A DNA stretch of 63,877 nucleotides from Patescibacteria group bacterium (GTDB lineage: Bacteria; Patescibacteriota; Patescibacteriia; Patescibacteriales; GWC2-42-12), in the NCBI GenBank assembly GCA_028707005.1, contig JAQTVB010000003.1, forward strand, positions 1 to 63,877, read 5' to 3'. Both the position numbers and the translations under genes were made by a program. The notes below the pieces were generated by a model, which made no database searches, was not told where the DNA came from, and saw only the letters and a list, made by a program, of their open reading frames with translations. Shown piece after piece: positions 7,365 to 14,531 of the stretch. How positions within the stretch are numbered: position 1 is the first letter of the stretch; each line of letters starts with the position of its first letter.

Positions 7365-10271
7365 ATGCGAAAATATGGAGGGCGCATGTTTATTTTAATC
7401 CTGACGGTTGTAGCTGCGGGATTTTTTTGTTGTCCGGAAGTTAAGGCCGTGGAAAAAATAAATATCAATACGGCAACACTGGAAGAGCTAGATACCCTGC
7501 CGGAGATTGGGCCGGCCAAGGCGCAGGAGATTATTAATTACCGCGCGAGCCACGGCCCTTTTTTGGCAATCGCCGAGATCATGAACGTTTCCGGAATCAA
7601 GCAGGCGACTTTTGATAAAATCAAAGATTTGATTACCGTCGGCCAGACGGTGAGCGCGCCGGTTTGCGGCAATGGCGTTCTGGAAACCGGAGAGGCCTGC
7701 GATGACGGCAATGTAAACAATGGCGACGGCTGCGACAGCAGCTGCCAAACAGAAACTGCGGCCGGCGGCACGGGTGAAAATGCAGCAATCCCCCCTGACC
7801 CCCCTTTGTCAAGGGGGGTTAGCTCTGGCGAGGTAGTGATTAACGAGTTGGTATCCGACCCGGCGGATGATGAAGTGGAGTGGATTGAGCTGTATAATAA
7901 TGCCGATCGCGAGATTGATTTAACTGGCTGGTGGCTGGAAGACGGCTCAAAGGCCAAGACAAAATTGTCCGGCATCATTAAAGCCGGCGGTTCTGGGCGC
8001 TATCAAATCATTGAACAGCCCAAAGGCAATTTGAATAATAGCGGCGACTTGGTTATGCTCTATACTTCCGATAGCCGGTTAATTGACCGGCTGGCTTATG
8101 GCGATTGGGACGATGGCAACTTAAACGACAATGCGCCGGTGGCTCATGACCCGGACAGTTTAGCCAGGCTGTCTGACGGTTACAACACTTTTAATAATGC
8201 CGATGACTTTGCCGTCACCGATCGAACCACTAAAGGTTCAAGCAATCTGATCCAAACCCAGGAGGAGGGAAGCGCGGCGGCCAAGGCCAGTTTTGATTTT
8301 TCCGACCGAATTTATCTATGGGAAATTTTGCCCAATCCGAGCGGCAATGATGCTCAAGGGGAATTCATAGAAATTTTTAATGCTGATTCGCGCGCCGTTA
8401 ATTTAACCGGCTGGAGTTTAAGCAATGAGGATGGCAAGAAAATTAATTTTGAAAAATTCGCCACTAGCACGATCATTCAAGCCGGCGAATATTTAGCCTT
8501 TTTCCGGCCAGCCACCAAGCTGGTATTGCATAATGATCAGGGGGAAGCCAGGCTGTTTCAGCCTTTAGCCGATCAGCCGCTGCGCGCGGTGTCGTATCAA
8601 GATGTTAAGGAGGGTTGGAGCTATGATAATGCGAAGATAGCAAATTATGACGCGAATGCCGCGAATAATGCCAATGCAGATTGGGTATGGAGCAAAACGC
8701 CTACGCCCGGAGCGGCCAATATCATTACAGCGGCCAGCCAACCGCTAGAGGCTGATTTTGGTTTTCCGGACCATGTTTTTGCCGGCCAGCCGGTGGTTTT
8801 TGACAGTTCGGACACGCTTGATAGCGGCAGTGGAATTTTAAAATACAGCTGGGACTTTGGCGACGGCTTTAAGAATACTCTGGCCAATCCGGAGCATACT
8901 TTCTTCCAGGCCGGCGCGTATCAAGTGCAGCTTACCGTGAGCAATGATCAAGAGACCGCGACCAAGGAAAAAAGCCTGGTGGTGGCGGCAAGCGCTACGC
9001 CTCTAGCGCTGGGAGAAAAGATCATACTCTCTCCGGCCCTAGCGGCAGAGCAGGTAATTTTCAATGAACTTCTGCCTAACCCGGCCGGCGCGGACACGGG
9101 CCAAGAATGGCTGGAGTTGAAAAATCCAACCGGGCAGAGAATTAATTTACTAAATTGGCGCGTAGAAAACGAGAATGGCAAATATAAATTTAAAAATGAT
9201 CTGTGGCTGGAGGCGGGCGGTCTTTATCTTTTAAGCAATTCGGTAAGCAAGCTGGCGCTAAAAAATAGCGCCGACACCGTTAGTTTATATGATGGCGCGG
9301 GCGAGCCGGCGGATCAGGTGCAGTATATGGCGGCGGCGCAGGGCGAAGCGTACGCGCGCGGCCAGAACGATAAGTGGTTTTGGACTACCAAGTTAACCCC
9401 GGGCCGGGAAAACGAGATCAGCGTGGCCGGGAGCAGAAGCGGAGCGATCAATCAGGAATCAGGCATAGAGGAAAAGGCGGAAGATTATATGGAGGTTGAT
9501 TTGGATAAAGTCGGGGAATTGGCCAGCGGCGACTTGGTAAAAGCGCAAGGCGTGGTGGCGGTTTTGCCGGGAATTTTGGGCGCGCAATTTTTTTACATCG
9601 TGAGCGGGTCGGCCGGTTCCTCCGCGGCCGTTGCCTCATCGTCTGATGCGGCGGTCGCGGCCGGCGTGCAGATTTATAACTATAAGAAAGACTTTCCCGA
9701 ATTAAAAGTTGGCGACAGCCTGATAGTAAGCGGAGAAATTTCTCAAGCGCAGGGCGAGGCGCGGATTAAAACCAAAAGCCAAGAAGATATGGCGGTGATC
9801 AGCCATGGGCCGGCGCCGACAGCTTTGGCCCTGGCCTGCGACCAGCTTAGCGAAGAAAACGTCGGCCAGCTGATTAGCCTAACCGGCGAAATCACGGAAA
9901 AGAAAAGCGTCAGCCTTTATCTGGACGACGGTTCGGGGGAGTTATTAATTTATTTCAAGAAGACGGCCGGCTTGAGCACTGCCGGCGCTACTTTGGGCCA
10001 GACCGCGTCCGTTACCGGCATTTTAACCAAGACATCAACCGGCTTAAGATTGCTGCCGCGTTCGCCGGACGACCTTGATTTGGAGTCGGCTAGCGGACCC
10101 GAGCCGCAAGTCTTGGGCGCAAGCGCGGCCGGCGACGATTGGGCGCTGGCTGAACGCAACAAAAAAGTGGAACTATTCAAATATTTACTCATCATCAGCG
10201 GCGGAGTGATTATGGTTTTGGTTGGGCTGTTATGGAAGGTAAAAAAGAGAGCAAGAGAAACAGGGAAATAA
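7365..10271 (+). CDS. ComEA-type HhH DNA-binding domain fused to Cys-rich repeat, lamin-tail (LTD), PKD and OB-like domains; C-terminal TM anchor
   Basis: INTATLEELDTLPEIGPAKAQEIINYR (ComEA HhH); CGNGVLETGEACDDGNVNNGDGCDSSC; three xxINEl..nP....EwIELyN LTD-like repeats; YSWDFGDG PKD motif; C-terminal TM. The start could be the ATG at 7386. Confidence 0.75.
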   Translation: MRKYGGRMFILILTVVAAGFFCCPEVKAVEKININTATLEELDTLPEIGPAKAQEIINYRASHGPFLAIAEIMNVSGIKQATFDKIKDLITVGQTVSAPVCGNGVLETGEACDDGNVNNGDGCDSSCQTETAAGGTGENAAIPPDPPLSRGVSSGEVVINELVSDPADDEVEWIELYNNADREIDLTGWWLEDGSKAKTKLSGIIKAGGSGRYQIIEQPKGNLNNSGDLVMLYTSDSRLIDRLAYGDWDDGNLNDNAPVAHDPDSLARLSDGYNTFNNADDFAVTDRTTKGSSNLIQTQEEGSAAAKASFDFSDRIYLWEILPNPSGNDAQGEFIEIFNADSRAVNLTGWSLSNEDGKKINFEKFATSTIIQAGEYLAFFRPATKLVLHNDQGEARLFQPLADQPLRAVSYQDVKEGWSYDNAKIANYDANAANNANADWVWSKTPTPGAANIITAASQPLEADFGFPDHVFAGQPVVFDSSDTLDSGSGILKYSWDFGDGFKNTLANPEHTFFQAGAYQVQLTVSNDQETATKEKSLVVAASATPLALGEKIILSPALAAEQVIFNELLPNPAGADTGQEWLELKNPTGQRINLLNWRVENENGKYKFKNDLWLEAGGLYLLSNSVSKLALKNSADTVSLYDGAGEPADQVQYMAAAQGEAYARGQNDKWFWTTKLTPGRENEISVAGSRSGAINQESGIEEKAEDYMEVDLDKVGELASGDLVKAQGVVAVLPGILGAQFFYIVSGSAGSSAAVASSSDAAVAAGVQIYNYKKDFPELKVGDSLIVSGEISQAQGEARIKTKSQEDMAVISHGPAPTALALACDQLSEENVGQLISLTGEITEKKSVSLYLDDGSGELLIYFKKTAGLSTAGATLGQTASVTGILTKTSTGLRLLPRSPDDLDLESASGPEPQVLGASAAGDDWALAERNKKVELFKYLLIISGGVIMVLVGLLWKVKKRARETGK
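7787..7818 (+). repeat. 30-nt palindromic element, copy 1 (in frame in the LTD protein: IPPDPPLSRG)
   Basis: AATCCCCCCTGACCCCCCTTTGTCAAGGGGGG. Same family as 19580, 31186 and 35097. Confidence 0.9.
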
Positions 10272-10403
10272 ATTTCTAATTAACCTAATTTCTAATTAAC
10301 CTAATCAAACCCCAAATCCCAGTGCCCAATAATTAGGGTTTGAAATTTAGGGCTTTGTTGGGATTTGGGGTTTGGGATTTTATTAGGAATTAGAAATTAG
10401 TAT
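10271..10403. repeat. Long imperfect palindromic word spacer
   Basis: The left half has AATTTCTAATT x2 and AACCCCAAATCCCA. The right half has their complements TGGGATTTGGGGTTTGGG and AATTAGAAATT. Confidence 0.85.
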
Positions 10404-10425
10404 TTTTATCACCCAGAGCTTTAGT

Positions 10426-10454
10426 TTGACAGAAGGTATTATTTTCGCTATTCT
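10426..10454 (+). promoter_or_regulatory. Sigma-70-type promoter, TTGACA-N17-TATTCT, upstream of island B
   Basis: Hexamers and spacing read directly. It lies 100 nt upstream of the ATG at 10554. Confidence 0.45.
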
Positions 10455-10504
10455 TAGTTTAATCAGGAGTAGAACTTTAAGATTTTAATTTACAATCTCA
10501 GACA

Positions 10505-10520
10505 TGGATTGATCATTGCA
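10505..10520 (+). promoter_or_regulatory. Candidate sigma-54 (-24/-12) promoter, TGGATTGATCATTGCA
   Basis: TGG (10505-10507) - N9 - TTGCA (10516-10520) has the canonical GG-N10-GC spacing. The GC lies 35 nt upstream of the ATG at 10554, with the SD TAGGAGG in between. Confidence 0.35.
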
Positions 10521-10553
10521 AATAAACACAATTTAACAAATAGGAGGAAAGCC

Positions 10554-10805
10554 ATGAAGAGCGACAGTACGGTGCAAGCGTCAACGAGCCGCGACCTCAA
10601 TGCAATTATTAGTTCGGTGCTGGGCGTTGACCAGAATTCAATTAATCCCGATTTGTCCTTAAGTGAACAATTTGGCGCGACCGAGGCTGACATTAGGGAA
10701 ATTCTGCGGCGGTTAAATTTAACTCCGCAGGAAGGGTCCAAAAGTCTGACGCCAAAAGAAATAAGCCAACAAATGTTGTGGCATTCTGGTCAGCCAACCA
10801 AGTAA
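10554..10805 (+). CDS. Carrier-protein (ACP/PCP)-like small protein B1; Glu at the Ser position
   Basis: LNAIISSVLGVDQNSINPDLSLSEQFGATEADIREILRRL follows the ACP helix I-loop-helix II layout, with GATEAD in place of GxDSLD. SD AGGAGG precedes the start. Confidence 0.5.
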   Translation: MKSDSTVQASTSRDLNAIISSVLGVDQNSINPDLSLSEQFGATEADIREILRRLNLTPQEGSKSLTPKEISQQMLWHSGQPTK

Positions 10806-10835
10806 CGACAAACAATTAAACATTAGGAGAGCAAG

Positions 10836-11111
10836 ATGCAAACAGAACCAACGATTGAACAACGCGCGATCCAAGAGATCGCCGAACACTTCGGCAAACA
10901 TCCGGCCAACATCAAGGCCGAAACTCATTTTCATCGGGATTTGGGGGTCGAAAAGTACTATATTATGACCTTTCTTTACCAGCGCCTGGGAGAGGTGCTG
11001 AACGTAAGAATCAACCCATCGGACGCAAACTTTCAGACGGTTGGCGACGTGCTCGATTATTTAAACCAGCGCGTTGGGCAAGGGGCGTGGGTTCGACAAA
11101 ACAGCGACTAA
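10836..11111 (+). CDS. Carrier-protein-like small protein B2; no Ser at the attachment position
   Basis: IQEIAEHFGKHPANIKAETHFHRDLGVEKYYIMTFLYQRLGEVLNVRINPSDANFQTVGDVLDYL. DLGVEKY replaces DLGxDSL, and the TVGDxxDY helix-IV pattern is ACP-like. Confidence 0.55.
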   Translation: MQTEPTIEQRAIQEIAEHFGKHPANIKAETHFHRDLGVEKYYIMTFLYQRLGEVLNVRINPSDANFQTVGDVLDYLNQRVGQGAWVRQNSD

Positions 11112-11126
11112 CCGGAGGATAGCAAG

Positions 11127-11405
11127 ATGCAAACAGAAGCAACGATTGAAGAGCGCGCGATCGCGACGATCGCCTCATTTTTTTGCAGAAGTCCATACAA
11201 CATCACGGCTAACACTAATTTTAGCCGGGATTTGGGAGTTGAATACCTCCTTGAAATGCTCTGTCTTCGCGAGTGGCTGGAAAGGGAGCTGAACGTAACA
11301 ATTAAACCATCGGACGCAAACTTTCAGACGGTCGGCGACGTTTTGCAGTATTTGCGCACTTGCGCCGGCCCAAAACCGCAAACCCAACAACCAAACGGAG
11401 GATGA
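11127..11405 (+). CDS. Carrier-protein-like small protein B3 (paralog of B2)
   Basis: The first 30 nt and a ~53-nt 3' block (11289-11341 vs 10998-11050) are near-identical to B2. DLGVEYLLE sits at the attachment site. Confidence 0.55.
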   Translation: MQTEATIEERAIATIASFFCRSPYNITANTNFSRDLGVEYLLEMLCLREWLERELNVTIKPSDANFQTVGDVLQYLRTCAGPKPQTQQPNGG

Positions 11406-11406
11406 A

Positions 11407-11673
11407 ATGAGTGAAGCATTGGATGGAATAGTTCGGCGCACGGAGCAACACCAGGTCATGGGAGTGGTTGCTTCAATCATGGACAAAGAAGGTGTTGACC
11501 CTAACACCAGCTTGGCCGCCTTAACACCGAACCAGCGCACCAGACTGGCAAGGGAGCTGGCCGCTAACCAGGGCGTGCCCATTTCTGATGAGGCGGCGCG
11601 GGGTTGGAGCACAGCCGGCGACGCGCTGCGAGCCGTTAGGGAAGCGGCGGAATTGGAGCTGGACGGCGATTAG
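11407..11673 (+). CDS. Carrier-protein-like small protein B4 (most divergent)
   Basis: VMGVVASIMDKEGVDPNTSLAALTPNQRTRLARELAANQGVPISDEAARGWSTAGDALRAV is PCP-like in layout, with Thr at the Ser position. The start lies 1 nt after the B3 stop. Confidence 0.4.
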   Translation: MSEALDGIVRRTEQHQVMGVVASIMDKEGVDPNTSLAALTPNQRTRLARELAANQGVPISDEAARGWSTAGDALRAVREAAELELDGD

Positions 11674-11697
11674 GCAGCTTTTTTTGAGTCTTCACAG

Positions 11698-11724
11698 CCC
11701 GTTGCAGGTAGCAACGGGTTTTTT
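11698..11724 (+). terminator. Intrinsic terminator closing island B
   Basis: CCCGTTGC (11698-11705) / GCAACGGG (11711-11718) followed by T6. Confidence 0.75.
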
Positions 11725-11917
11725 ATTGATAACAGGCTGGAATAAATGGAAAAATATGGTATAATAACAATACGAATTACGAATCTTATACCTGACTACC
11801 GGACAGGCAGGCGAATTTACGAATACTGATATCCGCGTTATTTGCCTTTATTATGTTTTTCATTACATTCATTCGTAAATTCGTAATAAATTCGTAATTC
11901 GTATTATATTATATATT

Positions 11918-14449
11918 ATGGTTAGGCGTAGAAGGAAAGCCAATTCGCTGGATTATGTAAGGCTGCCCAAAGTTGATTTAGACCCGGAAATGAAGCGGGG
12001 TATTTTTATTATCTTGATTTTAGCTTTTGGCGCCATCAGCTTATTATCGCTTTTTGGCTTGGCTGAAGGCTTGGGCAGTTATTTGGAAAAGACCATTATT
12101 TTTTTATTCGGCTGGGACAAATGGCTCTTTCCTCTGTTTTTGTTCGCCATCGGTTTCTTGATGTATAACCGGGATAAAAATTGGGTGCGGGGCGCTAACT
12201 TTCTGGGTGTGTTTATTTTTGTGCTTTTTTTTGGCGCGCTTCTCCATACTTTTGTGGGCGCAGCCAACTGGCAGGCGGCGGTGAGCCAAGGCGCGGGCGG
12301 CGGCTATATCGGTTATGGCATCTTATCGGTTTTTTATAAAATCATGGGTTTTTGGGCCAGCTTAATTGTCATTGTCTGCTTAATCTTGATTGCTTTAATG
12401 CTCATGTTTAACGCCACCTTAGAATCCATTATCGGCCGGGAAAGCTGGTTCGCCAAGCTGCTTTATCCGATCAATTTCATTTTTAATAAAATTTTCGGCG
12501 GCGGCCAGGCGGAAGAAGCTCTGGCGGACGAGCCGGAAGATGGAGAATTCGACGAACCGGAGTTGGCCGAAGAGGAAGGGGAGGGCGCGTCAGCCAAAGC
12601 CGGTGAAACCGGATTTCATAAACACAAAATAAAAGCCGGGGCTGACGACAGCGAGGAGGGAGAGACTGAAGAAACCAAAGTCAAAGATAGCGGCTCGCCT
12701 CGTTCCGCCGGCGAAGCGGGCTGGCAGCCGAGTTTCATAAAAATTGATCTGCCCCTAGATCTTTTAAATCCCAAAATCGGCCGGCCCACTTCCGGGGACA
12801 TCAAGAATAACATGCAGATCATCCAGCGGACTTTGGAAAATTTCGGCATCCCGGTGGAGATGGGAGAAATCAACGTCGGCCCGACTGTCACGCAATATAC
12901 TTTAAAGCCGGCCGAGGGCATAAAATTAACTCGCATTACCACCCTGTCCAATGACCTGGCGCTATCGCTCGCCGCCCATCCCATCAGAATTGAAGCGCCG
13001 ATTCCCGGCCGATCATTAGTGGGCGTGGAAGTGCCCAACCAGACCAAGGCGATCGTCGGTTTAAGAGAAGTTTTATCCGGAGAAATGTATAAAAACAGGA
13101 AAACCAATACCATGGTGGCTTTAGGCAAAGACGTGGCCGGAAAAGTTTGGCTGGATGACTTGGCGAAAATGCCCCATCTGCTCGTAGCCGGCGCGACCAA
13201 TTCCGGAAAATCAGTCTGCCTGAACGCGATTATTATCAGTTTGCTTTATCAAAACAGTCCGGATGATTTGCGTTTTATCATGGTTGACCCCAAGCGGGTG
13301 GAATTGCCGGCCTATAATGGCATCCCTCATCTGCTCACGCCGGTGATCACCGAGGTGGGCAAAACCATCAACGCCTTAAAATGGTGCTTGAACGAAATGG
13401 ACCGGCGCTATGAAATTTTCGCCCAAGCCGGCCATAAAAAGAATATTGTAAGTTATAATGAAAGCGGCCGGGATAAAATGCCGTCGGTTGTTTTTATTAT
13501 TGACGAGCTGGCTGATTTCATGGTGGCGGCCAGGCGGGACGTGGAGGCCAGCGTTATCCGCTTGGCGCAGATGGCCCGGGCGGTCGGCATCCATTTGATT
13601 TTAGCGACCCAGCGGCCGAGCGTAGACGTTATTACCGGTCTGATTAAAGCCAACATGCCGGCGCGCATCGCTTTTTCCGTGGCCTCGGGCATTGACTCGC
13701 GCACGATTTTAGATTCTCTAGGCGCGGAAAAATTATTGGGCCGCGGCGACATGCTTTTTAGCACCGCGGATATTTCCAAGCCCAAGAGGTTGCAAGGCGC
13801 TTTCGTAAGCGAAAATGAAATCAAGCGCGTGGTTAATTATATTAAAGATCATGGCGGCGAGCCGCAATACATTGAAGGCATTACGGAACGGCAGAAAGTC
13901 CATGGCATCGCCGGCGTGGGATTAGACGGTTCCGGCTCGGATGAAGAAGACGAACTTTTGGAAGAGGCCAAAGAACTAATCATCAATTCGGGCAAGGCTT
14001 CGGCTTCATATTTGCAGAGGCGCTTAAGCGTCGGCTACGCGCGCGCGGCCCGGCTCTTAGATCTTTTGGAAGAGGCCGGCGTGATCGGCCCGGGTTCGGG
14101 CTCCAAGCCGCGCGAAGTCTTGATTACGCGCGAACAATATGATAGCATGATTAATCAGGGCGTGAGCGGCGCGCCGCTTCATCAGCGCGAAGAAGCCAAG
14201 GCGCCGGATGAATTTTTGCCAGAATCCGCGGACGAAGATGAGCCTGATTTAGCCGACGAGCCCGAAGCCGGAGATGAAGAGGATGAGGAAGAGAATGAAG
14301 ACCCTTCGGCAAGCTCAGGGCGAGCCGAAGATCAAGAGCCAGTAGGTGAAACAGCAATAAGTGAATCTGATGATTTGCCGGCAGAGAGAACTAAGACTGT
14401 GAGCTTGCCCGACGAGGACGATGACGAGGGGAAATATTTTGCGAGATAA
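11918..14449 (+). CDS. ftsK: DNA translocase FtsK/SpoIIIE
   Basis: N-terminal TMs; Walker A GATNSGKS; Walker B FIIDELADFM; C-terminal gamma winged helix ASYLQRRLSVGYARAARLLDLLEEAGVIGP; acidic tail. Confidence 0.9.
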   Translation: MVRRRRKANSLDYVRLPKVDLDPEMKRGIFIILILAFGAISLLSLFGLAEGLGSYLEKTIIFLFGWDKWLFPLFLFAIGFLMYNRDKNWVRGANFLGVFIFVLFFGALLHTFVGAANWQAAVSQGAGGGYIGYGILSVFYKIMGFWASLIVIVCLILIALMLMFNATLESIIGRESWFAKLLYPINFIFNKIFGGGQAEEALADEPEDGEFDEPELAEEEGEGASAKAGETGFHKHKIKAGADDSEEGETEETKVKDSGSPRSAGEAGWQPSFIKIDLPLDLLNPKIGRPTSGDIKNNMQIIQRTLENFGIPVEMGEINVGPTVTQYTLKPAEGIKLTRITTLSNDLALSLAAHPIRIEAPIPGRSLVGVEVPNQTKAIVGLREVLSGEMYKNRKTNTMVALGKDVAGKVWLDDLAKMPHLLVAGATNSGKSVCLNAIIISLLYQNSPDDLRFIMVDPKRVELPAYNGIPHLLTPVITEVGKTINALKWCLNEMDRRYEIFAQAGHKKNIVSYNESGRDKMPSVVFIIDELADFMVAARRDVEASVIRLAQMARAVGIHLILATQRPSVDVITGLIKANMPARIAFSVASGIDSRTILDSLGAEKLLGRGDMLFSTADISKPKRLQGAFVSENEIKRVVNYIKDHGGEPQYIEGITERQKVHGIAGVGLDGSGSDEEDELLEEAKELIINSGKASASYLQRRLSVGYARAARLLDLLEEAGVIGPGSGSKPREVLITREQYDSMINQGVSGAPLHQREEAKAPDEFLPESADEDEPDLADEPEAGDEEDEEENEDPSASSGRAEDQEPVGETAISESDDLPAERTKTVSLPDEDDDEGKYFAR

Positions 14450-14531
14450 TTATTAAGGGATACGAATTACGAATTTGTTACGAATTTACGAATATTTGTG
14501 GATTCGTAAGTAATTTGCATGCCGAAAATAT

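Noticed and set aside
12616-13200. Long antisense or alternative-frame ORFs inside conserved genes. Examples are 12616..13200(-) in ftsK, 59087..59668(+) in rny, 46329..46778(+), 50168..50608(-) in glyA, 33581..34033(+) in the EBP gene, and 57143..57601(+) across tRNA-Lys and HU.
   Set aside because: They are shadow ORFs opposite or overlapping genes with clear family signatures. They have no motifs of their own.
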